In this document: piece after piece, positions 23,656 through 38,245 of the stretch | Position numbering within the stretch: position 1 is the first letter of the stretch | Layout of the letters: every line of letters starts with the position of its first letter | Assembly: GCA_002633005.1 (NCBI GenBank) | Contig: NMRA01000578.1 | Location: 197,952 to 261,951, forward strand | Origin: Phoronis australis | Lineage: Eukaryota; Animalia; Phoronida | Length of the DNA: 64,000 nucleotides | Direction of reading: 5' to 3' | The notes under the pieces: generated by a model | The model's input: only the letters and a program-made list of their open reading frames with translations | Told to the model about the DNA's origin: nothing | The model's database searches: none | Translations under genes and position numbers: made by a program

Positions 23656-25102
23656 AGGAAATGGCAACCTTTTGTCATGCCATTTTTAGTAAAAATACGG
23701 TTCCTTGATTCTCTCAGACATATGTTTCAGTTAATTTTATTAATTAGTCGTGACGTACTCCGGAAGTGACGTTTAGGGGGTTAAGAATTTCCCGCCATTT
23801 TTCTGCGTGGGAGTTTACTGTGAGGATCTGTTCTACTGTTATTTTCGTGTTAGTTTTCTAAAATTGTCACCACTGCTCATTGACGAGTATTCTACAACAA
23901 GCTGGGTTGTTGGAGAACTCAAATACGTTGGGTTTAGGTATCGTTTAGTTTGTAGTAGCAAAAAAATGACTGGAGTCGGCGACCCATATCACAGACATAG
24001 TGACGTGCGTGACGGAGACAGTAGTGACGAGGAATTTTTTCACGAACAGTCAGTGGGTGGATGTTCGTTTGAGCCCGAGTATAGTGAGACAGAATACGCA
24101 CTGACAGCTGCTGAGAGGGATGAGGTAGTGACTGAGGAGGGATGTCATGGTCCAAATGCACGATGTGCACTGTTATGCCGACTTCAATGGAATGCCTACG
24201 CTATTCCCACTGGATGGTGACCTGAGCACCCAAACCGCTTACATACCACCATAACACACGTGGCACCTTCTAAATAGCTCCAATACTTTAGTCAAGTCCA
24301 CAATGAACTTATCAAAGTTTTTCTCACTAGACAACGAACTGTCCTCCTCACTGGGTGTCTAACTGGGCCTGTTTTCATTCCCACTACACAGCATCGTTGC
24401 AAGGTTGCTTACAGGCTCTGTGCTGGAGACAACACCAGCACAGAGCAAATCACTGCTAGTTCCCGGAATTGCACGCTCTGGAGTACATTCAGAGGCACGG
24501 GGGACAGTAGATGAAAGGTCTTTAGTCACTGTAGAGACCACAGCACGCGAGGCTTCTCGCTTCAAAAACGTACTTCTCGGGGGTGGCGACGAAATCAACA
24601 GCCTTGTTTTGCGGGAACCTTCATCAATTCTGCGTACACATCTCTTTCGTAATCCCACGAAAAAAATGCTTGCCACATACTCGGTAACTCTCCACTGCTT
24701 TGTACGTTGCATGGACGGGTAACGCTGCGTTTTTCACACGAACGAGTCAAGTACAGCGGAGTGTGTCATCTTTCTGAAAGCGATGCAATTGCATACCTAG
24801 TTAATGAGGCTACTCCTGTACGCAGTAATCATGCGGCATGTTGACCGACTAGTAAACAAATGCTAACGACGACTGAACCTACCACAACCGAGGTAAACAA
24901 TGACTGACTCAGCAAGTCACACAGTCAGACTATATGAAAACAAAATGGCGAGAAATTTTTAACCACCCTAAACGTCACTTCCCATGTAAGGCACGACTAT
25001 TTAATAAATTACGGGAAGCCGTTGTTAACTGAAAAACATGTCTGGGATAACCAACGAACCGTATTTTTACTAAACATGACATGAAAAGGGTTACTTTCTC
25101 CT
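23656..25102. mobile_element. Non-autonomous Kolobok transposon, copy in unit 1
   Basis: TTAA-AGGAAATGGCAACC...GGTTACTTTCTCCT-TTAA with TIRs of about 150 bp. KolX-like remnant on + (23966-24215). THAP remnant on - (LHRFQKDDTLR...YRVCGKHF..DYERDVYAELM, from 24839). Confidence 0.85.
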
Positions 25103-26169
25103 TTAAGTTATTCCACACGTACTCCTGAAGGTTCCTGCATTTAAAAAGTGGAGATGTAATCAGTTAAAGGATAGTTATGGTTTAAAACTCACTCACTATA
25201 TAATTTAAAGTATTTCATATCGTGTGTAAGAATATTTAACACAAACAAAAGCTACAATCTACATTTGAAATAAATTACAACAACGATGCTATGTAACAGA
25301 GAGTGACAAGAGTCATGGGTGGAAACTATTCCATGGCTGGGAAACTAAATTCCATCTTCGATCCCCTAAACCCTACACCTAGACAATCATACACCAAACC
25401 AACGGTGTCAATCACAGACGTGTATCCCATAACAATTACTGCTAACATGGCACCGAAAATTCTCCGATATCCGGTGACCAAACTCGATACCAGGGGAGTA
25501 GATTCCTCATTAGCATTACAACAAAACTGACGGTTTTCAACCCAAGACTACGACTCGCATGCGACTACTAGGCACCAGCAGACAACGCACTCAGAATGCA
25601 AAACAATCCAGATTCCAAACATTGGAAAGAAAATGAGTGTCAATCAGACCTTTCTTTACTGACCTGAAATGTCTGAGGCGCACCTGAATTTCCATCCAAA
25701 GCTTGTCATGCCGCCAAGAAGTGGTAGATTGTAAGTCGTATTCAGTTTTCAAGCTACGACTTTTTGAAATAGTGGTTTTGTTGACAAACCAAAAAATGTT
25801 CCAGCAAATATAATGGTTGATATCTCGTCCCCATGCTCATCTTAGCCGTGTGGTAGTACATGTTTTAGCTTTTGAAAAACTTTTCTTGGATCACTCAGTA
25901 GGCACATCTAACTAATTGTTCTCTAACATGCCAACAGAGTAAATGAAAAACGAAAAATTAAAGCAACGGAAATTGACTCGATTTTTTTTCTAATTTTTCG
26001 ATTTTGTTTTGAACGCAAAATTGATTTGATCCTTTCGTCTACATACCTTGTGGACTGAGTGCTGGTGGACTAATCGTAAGAACAAGATCGATTTCCGGTG
26101 GAGTCGCCTCTGTGTTCAGATTGCTCGTGGACCGGACTTCATGAGAATCGACTTGCTATAATGTCAAAG

Positions 26170-26591
26170 TTAGAGCCACATAGAAGAAGGTAAAACCCAC
26201 AACGAAATTTCCACAAAGTTGATACAAGATTGCGGTGTTGATAGAGGAACATCAACAAGCAACATAAAGAAATTTTGCGCCCGATATGGAGTATCCAGGA
26301 AACTCGGAGGCGACGTTTTCATTGACGAGACTCAGAAGGCAATGAAGCAGGTAACGATATTTTTCATTGTTAAGGTTGGGTTGAGTAAATGAAGAAGGTA
26401 ATTAATTAAATTTAGTTAGGCGTCTTTCCATGTTTTCAGTTTTCGTTATTTGTATTGGATACAGGTTGGTCCCTCGTATGGAAGAAAAATGATGATGGGG
26501 TATTTTGGGCCAAAGGGATGTCGCTTAGAAAACCGCGAGTGGGCAATGTTCTGCACCTAGTAAATGTCCGTACCACCACATGAAGCAGACG
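26170..26591 (+). pseudogene. IS3EU-type transposase N-terminal fragment with an intron (26351-26464)
   Basis: HIEEGKTHNEISTKLIQDCGVDRGTSTSNIKKFCARYGVSRK...QKAMKQ spliced (GT..AG, phase 0) to VGPSYGRKMMMGY(fs)AKGMSLRKPRVGNVLHLVN. Matches the GPxYGRKxMxG...RVGxxL HTH region of these transposases. Confidence 0.75.
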
Positions 26592-29500
26592 GTAATTGAT
26601 GTTGATTTCTTATAATTTAAAACTAGATACTACCTTTTCCTCTCGTTTCAAAATTAAATCAAACACATATGCTGAACCAAAAATACATAGAACCCTGAAA
26701 TGCGCAAGATGGAAAACATAGAACCCGGGACACATGGGGATGACCCGCAGAAATGAAACGATTTTCTCGTGTTGGCTGCGAATTCAGTTGAAAAAATTCT
26801 AGTTGACTGTTCAACGTTCGTGATTGGCATACTGAATGTGATTAAAATGTCAGTTTAGTTATACTATCAAAACGGAACCATGGAGTAGAAAGCAGAGCAG
26901 TGGGGGTAGGGGAAGCACCCCCCAAACCAAACTTGGAGGGCCTAATGAACATTTCGAACAAAAACATATAGACGCCACTGATGAGGAATTGGGGTGGGGG
27001 TGGTGTGTGTATCGACATGGTTATCCTACTAGGTTTTGATCATCAATTTCTTCCAGAACTACAATCATTGACACTGGTACGTGGGAATGGCACGGTGAAC
27101 GGATGCGCTGAGAAACAAATTACTTTAATGTAAATGCAAGATATTACACACTTATTGTCTGAGGACAGTAAGTTGGCGTTAGACCCCAAAAACGTGATTA
27201 TATCCGACACGGGGCCAACAAATTAGTCCCACTAATGCCGAGAGGATTCTAACTTTGAATAGGTAAGAAGAGACCGAAGAGAGATTAAAGCCATGATCTC
27301 TGTTGAGGTTTGGCTGATTAGCATCTTTTAAAATAGCACAACAGTGTCATTTTAGTAACAACAACAACATGAAGAATGTGCAACTTTCACCAACTTCGCA
27401 ACCACTTGAAACATATAACGGAAAACGGTGGCTAAGTTTTGTTTTCACTTTTAGTAACATTCTTCAAATCCTTTATGAAAATACGTTAAAAATATTAATC
27501 AGAGGGCGTAATTCAAGGTATAGCTCTGGAGAAACCTCTCTCAGACCCAGTATTCACCACGACAGTAAGTTGCCATGGCAACAAAAATTAACTAATACAT
27601 CATTTTGTACTTGAGAGTAACTTCTTATCGGCCACCATGATCTACAATTAGTCAAGTCCATTTCTCCTTCTCGCGACTACATAGAAAACTCATGATTTTG
27701 CGCAACACAGAAAAAATCTTTTCCATCTGACGACTCCCCACATAGGTATTTTTTAGCCTGAACGGTCTGTTCTAGAATTCTCTTGTTCGTATACTTTATG
27801 CAAAATGCTATTCATTGCCTATTAAACTATTCACCAAAAGTAAATGTACCATCTGTTTCTGCTCGTTTTCCAGGAAATTGAGAAACTGAATATGATTTAT
27901 GTATGTTTGATGCACTTTAAGGCAGAATTCGACATGAATTATATGGGAAATGGTGCCTTCTTGCGTTTGAACCGATCGGACGACAATGGTTATTAAAGTT
28001 GGCGGTCTTTGTACCAAGTGCTTCAAACAGACTTTTAAGTGAATGTCGCTGTCTCTTTTGTTATACATGAAGAGAAAAATATAATGTGGCACTGATATAA
28101 CCCACCTGCTTTTGTGTTTCTTTATGTCCAAGTGTTTGAGCAGTAGTAAATTTATTTCAAAAATTCATATACATTTCAACTGAATTACAACACCCAATAT
28201 CAGATTTCGTCAATCGTATTTGTTTTTCCAGGTAATTATGTCAGCCTGAGTTGATAAAAATTGGGAGCTTATCTCTCAAAGTTGAAACTTTTCTTTATTT
28301 TCCAAATATGCTCTGACGTCACTTCCTTATTATATAGTACTACTATCCATGTTGGTTTCTTCGGGGTTTAATCCTCGTCCCTTTTATGTCGTGAAATACG
28401 GGTGCTATCTGAAATGTAACAGACACACTTTTATTTTCCTTTGAAAATAGGGCACAACTGATCGAAAACTACTGAATTTCTTGAATTTCTTGAAACATAC
28501 ATATATATGTACATACATACATACATATATATACATACATACATACATACATTCATTCATTCATATATTAAGCCTGTAAAGGCACAGCTTTCACATAAGC
28601 AACACAGACCTGTGTACCATGAAGTTAAATAATGAAGAGTAAAGCAACACAGAATATCAACAAATCTATTCATAGGGAAATACAGTCATGTCCTGATCCA
28701 TTTACTTGCATTTGATTCATGCTTTGATACACAACGACGATTATTAACCTAATCGCCTAGCCCTGAAATTTGAGAAAAAATTGAAATTATTTACAAAATT
28801 TGTTATTTGTAAAGTGGTATGCGTGACTAACGTATTGGACGAAATAATGGCACACTGTAGGGAATGACTGATAACATCGAATCACAGGGCATTTTTCTCG
28901 GATAATGAAGAAATAGTTTTGCTAAGTAACGATTTGTTTCTCAGGGAAGGCAATACCCGTGCAATAACAGGTGTCAGGACAGGTTACGATGTGAGGTGAA
29001 ATCTCTGAAGCAGACTTTAGTATCCTTTTAAAACTGGATTTCATCTTTATTTAGTAGCAACAAACGAAAAAACAATCAAGCCACTTAGGCTGACAAAACT
29101 GGTCTCATAGTAGTCCTTATTGTAATATGACTCAATTACCTTTTTTCCAACAAGAGCATCAGACCAACAGCGACTCAAGAAAACTACAGAGTTTATTGGG
29201 GTAGGCTAACCATCAAACTGCTAATTGGAAGAAAAGTTATTACGTCACATCCATACCAATTCATCGAAATTGGAGACAAGGAATATGGCGGCCGGCGGCG
29301 TATTCCCATGCATGAAAAAATTTGTTCAAACGGGCAAAATTCAACAAAACCAACTTCAATCTGAAGCTCATGTCAAAGGATCTATGAACTGTTTACTTTC
29401 CAGTTGACGTAATGTAATATCCCATAGAGAAGTGGTAAGGGATACAACCAAGACGGTGTAATCTCATAGACAACCAGAGTAAGGTGACGTCACTCATTAC

Positions 29501-32500
29501 GTCCCTTTTTGAAAATGACGCAGGTATGCACGCTTATTCTGGAATAATGCAAGATCGGATGAGCATGGAAATGTCTTAAGTCCAAAACGTTAAAGAAAAT
29601 CATTGGCAGTTAAACAGCGGTGAAATGGACTTGTTAATACGAAATGTTACTGATCAAATAAATATCATAACATCTATTCAATTTACTGTGCACACGTATG
29701 CATGTAAATGAATAATGCTACCTTTAACGCCCTACCAGTTGAGAGATTGTTGAAAAAGAGCCAAACATCTACAACAAAACTACAACCCAATTGACTGACT
29801 CTCAGTGAAAGTAAAAAGCGTGCAGAATATTTTTGAACCTTGTATCAATCTGTGGAATTTAATTTTGAGCTTTATACCAATCTGCCATTCTTTGTATCAC
29901 GTGACAATGTGTTTTGGTAAAGTTAAGGAAAAATGAAGGAAGGTACGTATGTAGAACAACAACATTGAAAATTTTCCTTTGCTTTATATGTTAGTAATGA
30001 ATTTTCAAATCGCTGTCATAGTTTTCTACATTATTCTTGCGTTTCTTTTTTATGCAACTTGAGATTTTTACGAGAACATCATTACACAAAAATGAAAAAT
30101 TTTGAAAACAATTTTCAGTGGAGTTTTTGGAAAACAGTGCAGAAACCACTGCGCGCACTTGAAAGATTCAAAATAATCAGATTAGCACTTTCTGTGATGA
30201 GATGTTATTAAATAAGCTACATTTTGATATTTTTAGAAAAGTGGTCTAACCGCAATTCTGTATCAACCAACAATCGCGCACGTCGATGATAACTGTCAGC
30301 ATGACTGCGTTTCTTTTTGTATTTCCAAAATAACTTACCAATAGCTTAAATGTCACGTCGTCCTTTTCCAAGTCGATATCGCCAGCAAGGATAAAGTCTT
30401 TTCAGTGGGCACTTCTTGCAGATTTTAAGAATAAATCTCAGAAATCCTGTAAGTATAATGTAGGACAAACAGAGATTATCAATATTTCACCTTGTTCATG
30501 TAGTAGGAACAAAATCTTTTGCTCAGTATGCTGTATGGACATAAATACTACAGCATTACAGGGGCGTGATTTCGCTTTTCTCGCAAGAAATTTGCTCTGC
30601 GGAACACTTCGTACACTCGAAGTGATTTCGCAAACGAGAGTGGTTGGTGAAAATGTAAAAAGGAGTTTCATGAACACTGAAAAATTCTTTGCTTTCATGT
30701 GAATGGTAGTGAACTGTTTGAGCATAATAAAATCATCAACACTTTTCTATCAGATAAGTAAGAATCATTAGCCTTCTTACGTGCCATAGGTGGTTGACAC
30801 TGCGTGACCTGTAGTTAATTAAGTCCAAAACGAACCCTGTCCTGGCCGAGGTTGGAACCAGGACTCTCTGCTAGCAACGCAGTGAGTCCCGAGTCAGATC
30901 CCCGGTCGGGAGAGTGAGACTTAACTGTAGTGTGACCAACATATAGCATGTAAGAAGACTAATAAATATTTGGTACAGTTTAACAACGCGCTGATCTTAT
31001 TTCTTCTTGGTCCACTTTCCGCACCTTTTAGAGAATTGACAGCTGTTACACTAACGGCCCACCGACCAATCTTGTCGTTTATTCATTCTGGCCATTTTTG
31101 GTTTTTATTTTTAATATTTTTGGTTGAGGTTGCTTTTGTAATCTGATCCTTCTATTTCTTTGGTTAACCTGTGGTTGTTTATTTTTCCAAGAAAAGTTGT
31201 AAGCGACTTTCAGTCGTTAATACTTACTCTTAGTATTTCCTTTCTATTTCATCGTTTGAACACGTGTCAGTATCTCGGTACACAGAATGCTGAATAGCGA
31301 GTAGTGATACCAGTTACAAGTTATTGCGATCTGTATTAAATTCGTTTATATATCGAAAAATGTGTTTCGAGCGATAATCTAAACTTAACCCACAACCTTT
31401 GAAACATCAAAATCATTGCAAGTATTTCTATATCTCACTAACATAGAAGTGATAACCATGGCTACTGGTCGCAGAACACTTACCAGGAAAATGGAACGCT
31501 TACCACAGTAGGGAGCCCTAGCCATCGTCCCCTAAACACTTACCTGGTTCTGTAAGATCTCATAGGACGCACAGCGAACCCTGGTGTATGGTAAATGTGT
31601 ATTCGTGTAGTTGAAGTGCGGCTTCTATGGTAAGGGTTCTTTGCGCTTGGTAAGAGTTCTTTCGTTGGCTGGTAAGTTTTTTGTAAAGAGTGGTAAGAGT
31701 TTCCCTTCATGTTCGTGTTATATGCTGTGCGGCACGAGGTCATTAAGGGTTTGACTACCCTTCCTGTGGCAAATCAAGGTTGTGACACATCAAGAAGAGA
31801 AATAAATTCTCCGCCGTGGAATCACTACTCACCTGGAATACGACGTCTAGTTGTCGGATGACACAGTAGCACTATAGGTTTAGTGCATTTGGCGCAATAC
31901 TTCTTCCGTTTGGCAGGGTCTGCAAATTAAAATAATTCGACAATATTTGATCACGTTTTGACCCTTTTGACAATATAACCACTAATTAACACTCGTTCAT
32001 TGTAGTTACCCGTCAAATGATCTTCAAAAACTTTAACAGTTGTATAGACTATAATAAAAAGCACCTTGAAGATCAGACGGTGTGTATCTCCAGTAGATGA
32101 GTCTTATACGTTGGTGAAGATTGACTACATACTACATTTATTAAAATACTATGTTTTTAGAATCCCGTATAAAAAAGAAAACAAGGCACTCTATTGGTTT
32201 TCCACGTAGAATAAGTTTACAGTACAGAGGTTAAAAATTGCTTAAATTTGAATGGTTTTTAGATATTAATAGAAAACAGTTTTACAACAGAAATGTACAT
32301 TCTGAAAAACACTTATACTACACCAGCTGATCTCTGAATACCAAAGGGACTATTTCTTCGCTGATTAAACGTAGTATCTCAGTCATATGAATTGTTCATT
32401 TTAGATAAATAATTAAAGCAACAAATTTCAGGGCAACTTGTGCATGGCGTGTTTATGAATACATGTACTCCATGTTGTTAACTTTCAATATTTGAAGAAT

Positions 32501-33890
32501 CATAAATGGTTGTTTGGTAAGAATTGTGACATAGGGACAAAAATGTTAGTCACATGGGGCACATGTTTGAAGATGACATATAAATTGTGACCTCAGTTTT
32601 AACATGGCGAATATTAGAGAAAACTGCGCTGAACTGTGTCTTTTACACAGGCTTACATCACACGAAACTAAAAAAGTATCAAAATTTGATAACTGATGGA
32701 CAAATTTTAATTGAGCTAATTAATTACAGAAGAGTAACGTCCTTCATTTTGTCATTCTTTTTACCCATGTTTCTCCATAAGCCACCCCAAAACCGTTTGT
32801 CAACTGACGAACAGTCCTGACACTCTTTTTCCTCTCTTTCAAATCCGTCTAGTGTCTCTAGCTTGTCCAGAAGTTCTGCAAAGAAAACACTAGTTATAGC
32901 TTTGGTGTCTCGGACGAAAAACTCTAAACTTATGCGCTTTTTAGTGTCTGAAAAGACGGATATATTGGTTTATGGTACGGTGAGTCGACATTCCCAATTT
33001 TTGTCGATTTTATCAGGAAAGGTTTTCCTCTAACTCCACATTGCCAAAACTAATAAATGAAAGATGTACTGATCTAGATATTTTACTTCCCTTTCCAAAA
33101 TAAAATGTGGCGATCGAACTTGCTCCTGAATTGACTTCAGGAAGTATATGTTTTTTCAACAGTGTTAGCTCGTCGAAGGAACTGCTGTCTTTCCTCACCT
33201 CAAGCATAAGATAAAGAGCTCCATTGTCACAAAAATACCTAGTGTGGCCATAAAATATTAGCGTGGGACCTCCTGGCTAACTTCAAAGTTTGCATGTTTC
33301 TTCTGACAGATACAAAATCAAAATAAACTAATATTCTTCATTAAATTACACACATCCAATTTAGTAGTTACACCTTGAACTGTGACGTTTTCCTATTGCG
33401 TTGATTTGTAAACAAAATGTCAGACAATCCGAACACGAGGTCAGTTGCAAAATAACAATGCTAACGTTACCCTTAAATGTTGTTTACAAACTGAATAGCT
33501 AAATTTGACTCTTACAGACAAGAGAATAACGACTTACCCTCCTCAGAATTTTCGTCAACAGTTCGGACATATCCATAGACAGATAAGCCAACAAGAATCA
33601 CCAATACTGCTTTCATCGTGCGGTCCCAGAACTACAGTCTGTAATATCGTACAATATTACTGTGTAGTATTTCTCACCATGGGTTCGGAGAGAGCACTAG
33701 AACTGGGAATTGGTTCAGTGTCCCAAACTCATCAAAAAACATAATTCGTCTTCCGTTAGCAACAAATGCTTTAGAGTGGACCACGATGGTGTATGATCGT
33801 AGTGTTTACAAGTTACAACCCCCTGATTGTCTGGAATTAACAGCTTGGTTGACATGTCGCAACTATCCTATAAATCAGCGGTAGTACACA

Positions 33891-36800
33891 TAGGACATAG
33901 TCCATTCGATTCTAGGAAGCCAAGAAAATCACTTCCGTGGCTACTTTTTGGGGACAAGATAATTTTGGTATTTATAAGGTCATTAAGTACTATACTTTAA
34001 GAATTTAAAAAGTTCCCATGGTTTGACTTGCACGTTTTCGAGAAATTTGACCTAAAAATATGATTTTTTAATAATTTGGCACAGAAAACTAATCTTCGAA
34101 AACCAACAACACTAGACAAAAACTGAATGATTGGGTTTTATTCATTTGAAGTTACCGGACAAGAAAAGTGATAAATATTATGGCATTAGGTGAAAATTGC
34201 TCAAAAAGAGAAGCAGCTCCTCCTGTAGGCTAGAAAACATGCTAGTATTTTCTGAAATCCTACCAAAAGAATAACACTGTTAACCATTTGGAACTTGATA
34301 AAGATTTGATATCACAAACTACATATGAACAACATACAATTCCAACCCTTCTACAATGAATTCATTCTCATCACTTCAATTAATTGTCACAATTATCATT
34401 ATCCACATTGCAATTCATTGTCAACTGTCACAGAGAATTATACACCATACAGTTCTGACAGTCACCAGCATGAAAAAAAATGTTGTCAACATTATCTGTC
34501 AGGTTACAAATTTAAAGTTCTTTAACAACATACACTTATTATGTTACTTCATCCACTCCATCATCATTTATATCGTCATTATTGTCACCCAAAGTTGTTT
34601 CTTGAGACACCGTGTTCACACAGTCTGGACAGTCACACAACTTAGAACATGGCATACCAGACTTCAAACAAGAGTACATTTTTTTACTACAACCACTTCT
34701 TTTAAAATTCCCATTAACATTTTTCATGACATTTTCTGGGGCTAAAGGCAGAGTCATCCAGTGGAGCTTCAGACTATCCTGCTCCAAAAGTCACTCTTTA
34801 CAAACTGAAGATGGTGCACTGACATGCTGTTGCAAGGCTCGTTTGTGAGTGGCACACTGTTAGTTTGGTCTTTTGGCATGTAACAGCAAACAATCATTAT
34901 TAGGACGCAGTGATGATTCCATCACAGATTTCAACCTGAATATGTAGTAGCGTGCTTTGTTAACTGTTGATGAGTAGCCGCACACTTGCATACAAACGGT
35001 TCAATGTCTTCCATGAGTTGACCAGGAAACACAAATGTTGAGCCTAATTTTAATGACAAAGTTTAAAAAATATCTGCAACCCTGCACCCTACCCGAAATA
35101 ACTTTTTCTGTCAACCTGAATAACGTTTCATCTTGTTACAGTAATTCTTTTAACTGAAACAGATAACCAAAATGCTCTTCACTTTAGCACACGTATGGCC
35201 AATAAGTGAAATTTCATTTTGTCTCAGGGCTCAGCAAAAATAAGCATTAAGAGAAATGAGTATCATTACTAGCATTGATTGCACTGTACATTTGACTTCA
35301 AACAATTTAAAACATAGAAAAATTTTTATCATCCTTAATACTGTAGTTCAGTCTTTGAAAATAGAGGAATGGTCATGTTGGCAAGAGTTTTTGTTTGAAA
35401 TTTAAAAGCGTCTTATTTACCATACACCTAAAATTTCTTTTGACGCTTCCTCTTTTAAAAAGCACATAATTGGAAGAGTAAACATTTTCTTATGCTAAAA
35501 ACTGCAATTTAAGAATTTCCAACCTGTGAGATACTGAAATCTGAGCAACATTTGAATTTTCAAGATTTTAATCTTGAAAATTCAAATGTTGCTCAGATTA
35601 TTAAAATAATTACAGAACACCGGTAATATTTCCATTTTTCATATTTCTTAAATTTCAAACACTGCTCATATTTTGAATAAAAGGGACTAAAAATAGGTTT
35701 AGAAGTTCATAAAAAGCGATGTTGATCACTCACATGTAGGTAAAAACTACTGCCAGTACCTTTGAGATTGGGACGGCTAGTACTGCAAATTTATCAAGCA
35801 AAATAATTTTTTTCTCTGACCTACACTAAAGATTGTTTACCATAAATGACAGTTTTTAAGTATAGGTAGGCCTATTTACAGGTGAATGTTTGGAACTGGG
35901 ATAGGTTTTCAACTTTTTCTTTTGTTTGTGAAGTTCCCCTGTGATGAAATTTGATTTGTGGCAAATGGTTTATTGTGGTGGCAAGACGGTACATTTCTTT
36001 GAACATTGTTAAATGTAACTGACAGTGACAATCTCCTTAATTTTCTAGTGGGTTCAACATAATTTCCTTCATCAGCTTGGTCTTTTTCTTTTTTTAAGAG
36101 CTCTTTCAATTTTTGTTACATCCGTTACATGCCTGTAACACTGCTTGTGATAGAAGCATGCGCGCACCTAGACAGCCAGCTAGCTGTATGAAGACTATAG
36201 TCAGAATACAGCTAGGTACCACTGTGTGATAATCTTCCATAGACTCCGGAATTGCACACAGCCAGGGTAGGTCTGCTCCGTCACCTCGCCATGAAACTTA
36301 TATCAACATGTAAAGCTGAGACCGGATGGGGTGCATGCAAAATCTGGTAATCAACCGACATTCACCTTGCCCGTTACAGCCGTTTAAGTGAAAAAAATCT
36401 AATAAACGTCATTTTCTTGCGTAATCCTCCGCCTTTTTTAACAAAGAAAAGTTATGTCGTTGTATTGAAAGCAGTACGCTCGTGACACGTCCACGCGCCG
36501 TTTCCTAAATTTTTGCGACATCTCTCGGGAGATGATGATAGCTTGGCAGCAGCAAACTTTCTTCTGCAATATTTGGTTTTTTCGGTATCAAAATTCTGAA
36601 AGCTTATAATGCAGTGAAACCAGTCCCGATAATTTGTTGTGAAGTGTACGCAACCTCCTGAAAGAAAAACAGTTGATTGAAGAATCGGCGAAAAAAGAAA
36701 CTGACCAATAGGTGACGCAATATTTCATGGCACCGAAAGCCGACGCAGAAGATCGCTCCATAACTTTAGCAGCAGAAAAACGGTAGAACGCCAATTTTTC

Positions 36801-37980
36801 CAAAACCAGAAAATAACTTTATCTACTCGAATAATTGTGTAGTTTTTGATGACACTAATTTTGTGTCATATTTTATTTGGTCATTTGTTTACCCACGTCG
36901 GCGCAAAACTGTATATTTAGTGTACACCTTTGTACCATTAAGGCTAGCGCGCACCCAGCCTAAAAATAGGGGGCTCGAGTTTTTGAGAATGTGGACATTA
37001 ATTAAGATTCACAGGGTACGTTCAGAGCTATGAATTGTGCATTCGCCGAATTTTGGTAGTTCTTGCCTTTTTAGTGGACTTTTGTCTCGTTTTATGCTTT
37101 TTTGGAATTTTCGTTTTGTCTGAGGCGGACCTTTTTACCCACTTTACCAAATGGGGGGCTCGTTCAAGCCCCTTGAGCCCCCCTGGGTGCGCTCTGTTTT
37201 TTTCACAAAAACTTAAAACCTTCGCAGTAGATACTTCACTTGCACTCAATGTTGATACATTTGTTTGCAGTAGCCTTAGACCAGGTAATACCTGAAAATT
37301 CCACCTCAGAAATTTGAGCAGAACCCGAGACATGAATGCAACAAGGAGCAGACATCTTGCGAGTCTATTGTAAAGTCGCACACTCGTTCAACAATTCATG
37401 GTTTCAGCAGAGCCCTAGCTCTCCCAAAACTGCTGTTTGCGAAACACAAAAGGTTTCATCATTCAGGAATATGCCAAAAAAATTTTCAGTATGATGACAC
37501 TCGTAGCCACTTGACTTGGCTTTCCTCAGTTCATAATTGCTGCCTGCTTGTTTATGAGACATGACCCTTGGTAATTGCCTATTGCTTGCACACCATTCCA
37601 TTAATACTATTCCATGTACAGTTGTACATAGTACTGGTAAACAAGTTAGCTAAGCCAGCAGGATAACATCAGCTGACTGTCCTCTGATGAAGGTTTTCAT
37701 GAAGCAGGCTACTTTGAAGGGGAAAGATATGGACACAATATTTTCCAGGCATTTGATTGGCTGTTCTGATCATTTTGCACTGACACCTGGTGGCTAATAT
37801 GTTGAGGCTATATTTTTCCAACATTTAAATTAAAATTCTTACTAAACGTGCAAGTGTATTCTTAGAAACTTTTCTGAAATTGACTTTTGAACATCTGTAG
37901 ATGGGTTTAATGCAAAGTTCCCACTCACCCCAAAAAGTAGCCACGAGGTAAAAGATAGGAGAGCTGGGACTATGGCCTTA
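33891..37980 (-). mobile_element. Internally deleted AcademX transposon
   Basis: Unit 2-specific insert. TIRs TAGGACATAGTCC..CGTGGCTACTTTTTGGGG / CCCCAAAAAGTAGCCACG..GGACTATGGCCT. Minus-strand N-terminal motif FYHKQCYRHVTDVTKIERALKKR (about 36085-36155). C-terminus IEPFVCK..VNKARY..LLLHAKR..HWMTLPLAP..CLKSGMPCSKLCDCPDCVN, a CXC-type Cys cluster (34539-35050). Confidence 0.8.
35538..35599. repeat. Perfect inverted repeat: 30-bp arms, 2-nt spacer
   Basis: aatctgagcaacatttgaattttcaagatt-tt-aatcttgaaaattcaaatgttgctcagatt. Confidence 0.95.
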
Positions 37981-38107
37981 TATACGTGTTTAGAACGAGT
38001 CAGTGAAGGCAACATGAATTCATAAAACGTGCAAAATCAAGATGACCACATAAGTGCCGTCCACACATAGACTTACCTTGGAACACTGAAGTTATTCCTG
38101 GGACGAG

Positions 38108-38245
38108 CATAGGCGGCGCAGCACTGAAAAAGTGGGGGCCAAAGCCCCCAGCCCCCTTTGGTGCACCGCCTGTAGACCATGGGAGGCGGAGCACTGAAAA
38201 AAGTGTGGGCTATGGCCCCCAGCCCCCTCTGGTGCGCCGCCCATG
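38108..38245. mobile_element. Dimeric GC-rich MITE with 5-bp TSD
   Basis: Two tandem units cat(a/g)ggcggcg...cgccgcccatg flanked by ACGAG on both sides, nested in the Harbinger-like MITE. Confidence 0.75.

Larger units (their letters stand above)
14090..26590. repeat. Tandem segmental unit 1
   Basis: Colinear landmarks recur in all four units, e.g. gtcatgtcctggtccattt at about 15120/28685/41790/53135 and the catcatcgtcatc block at about 22825/39805/49200/61675. Confidence 0.95.
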
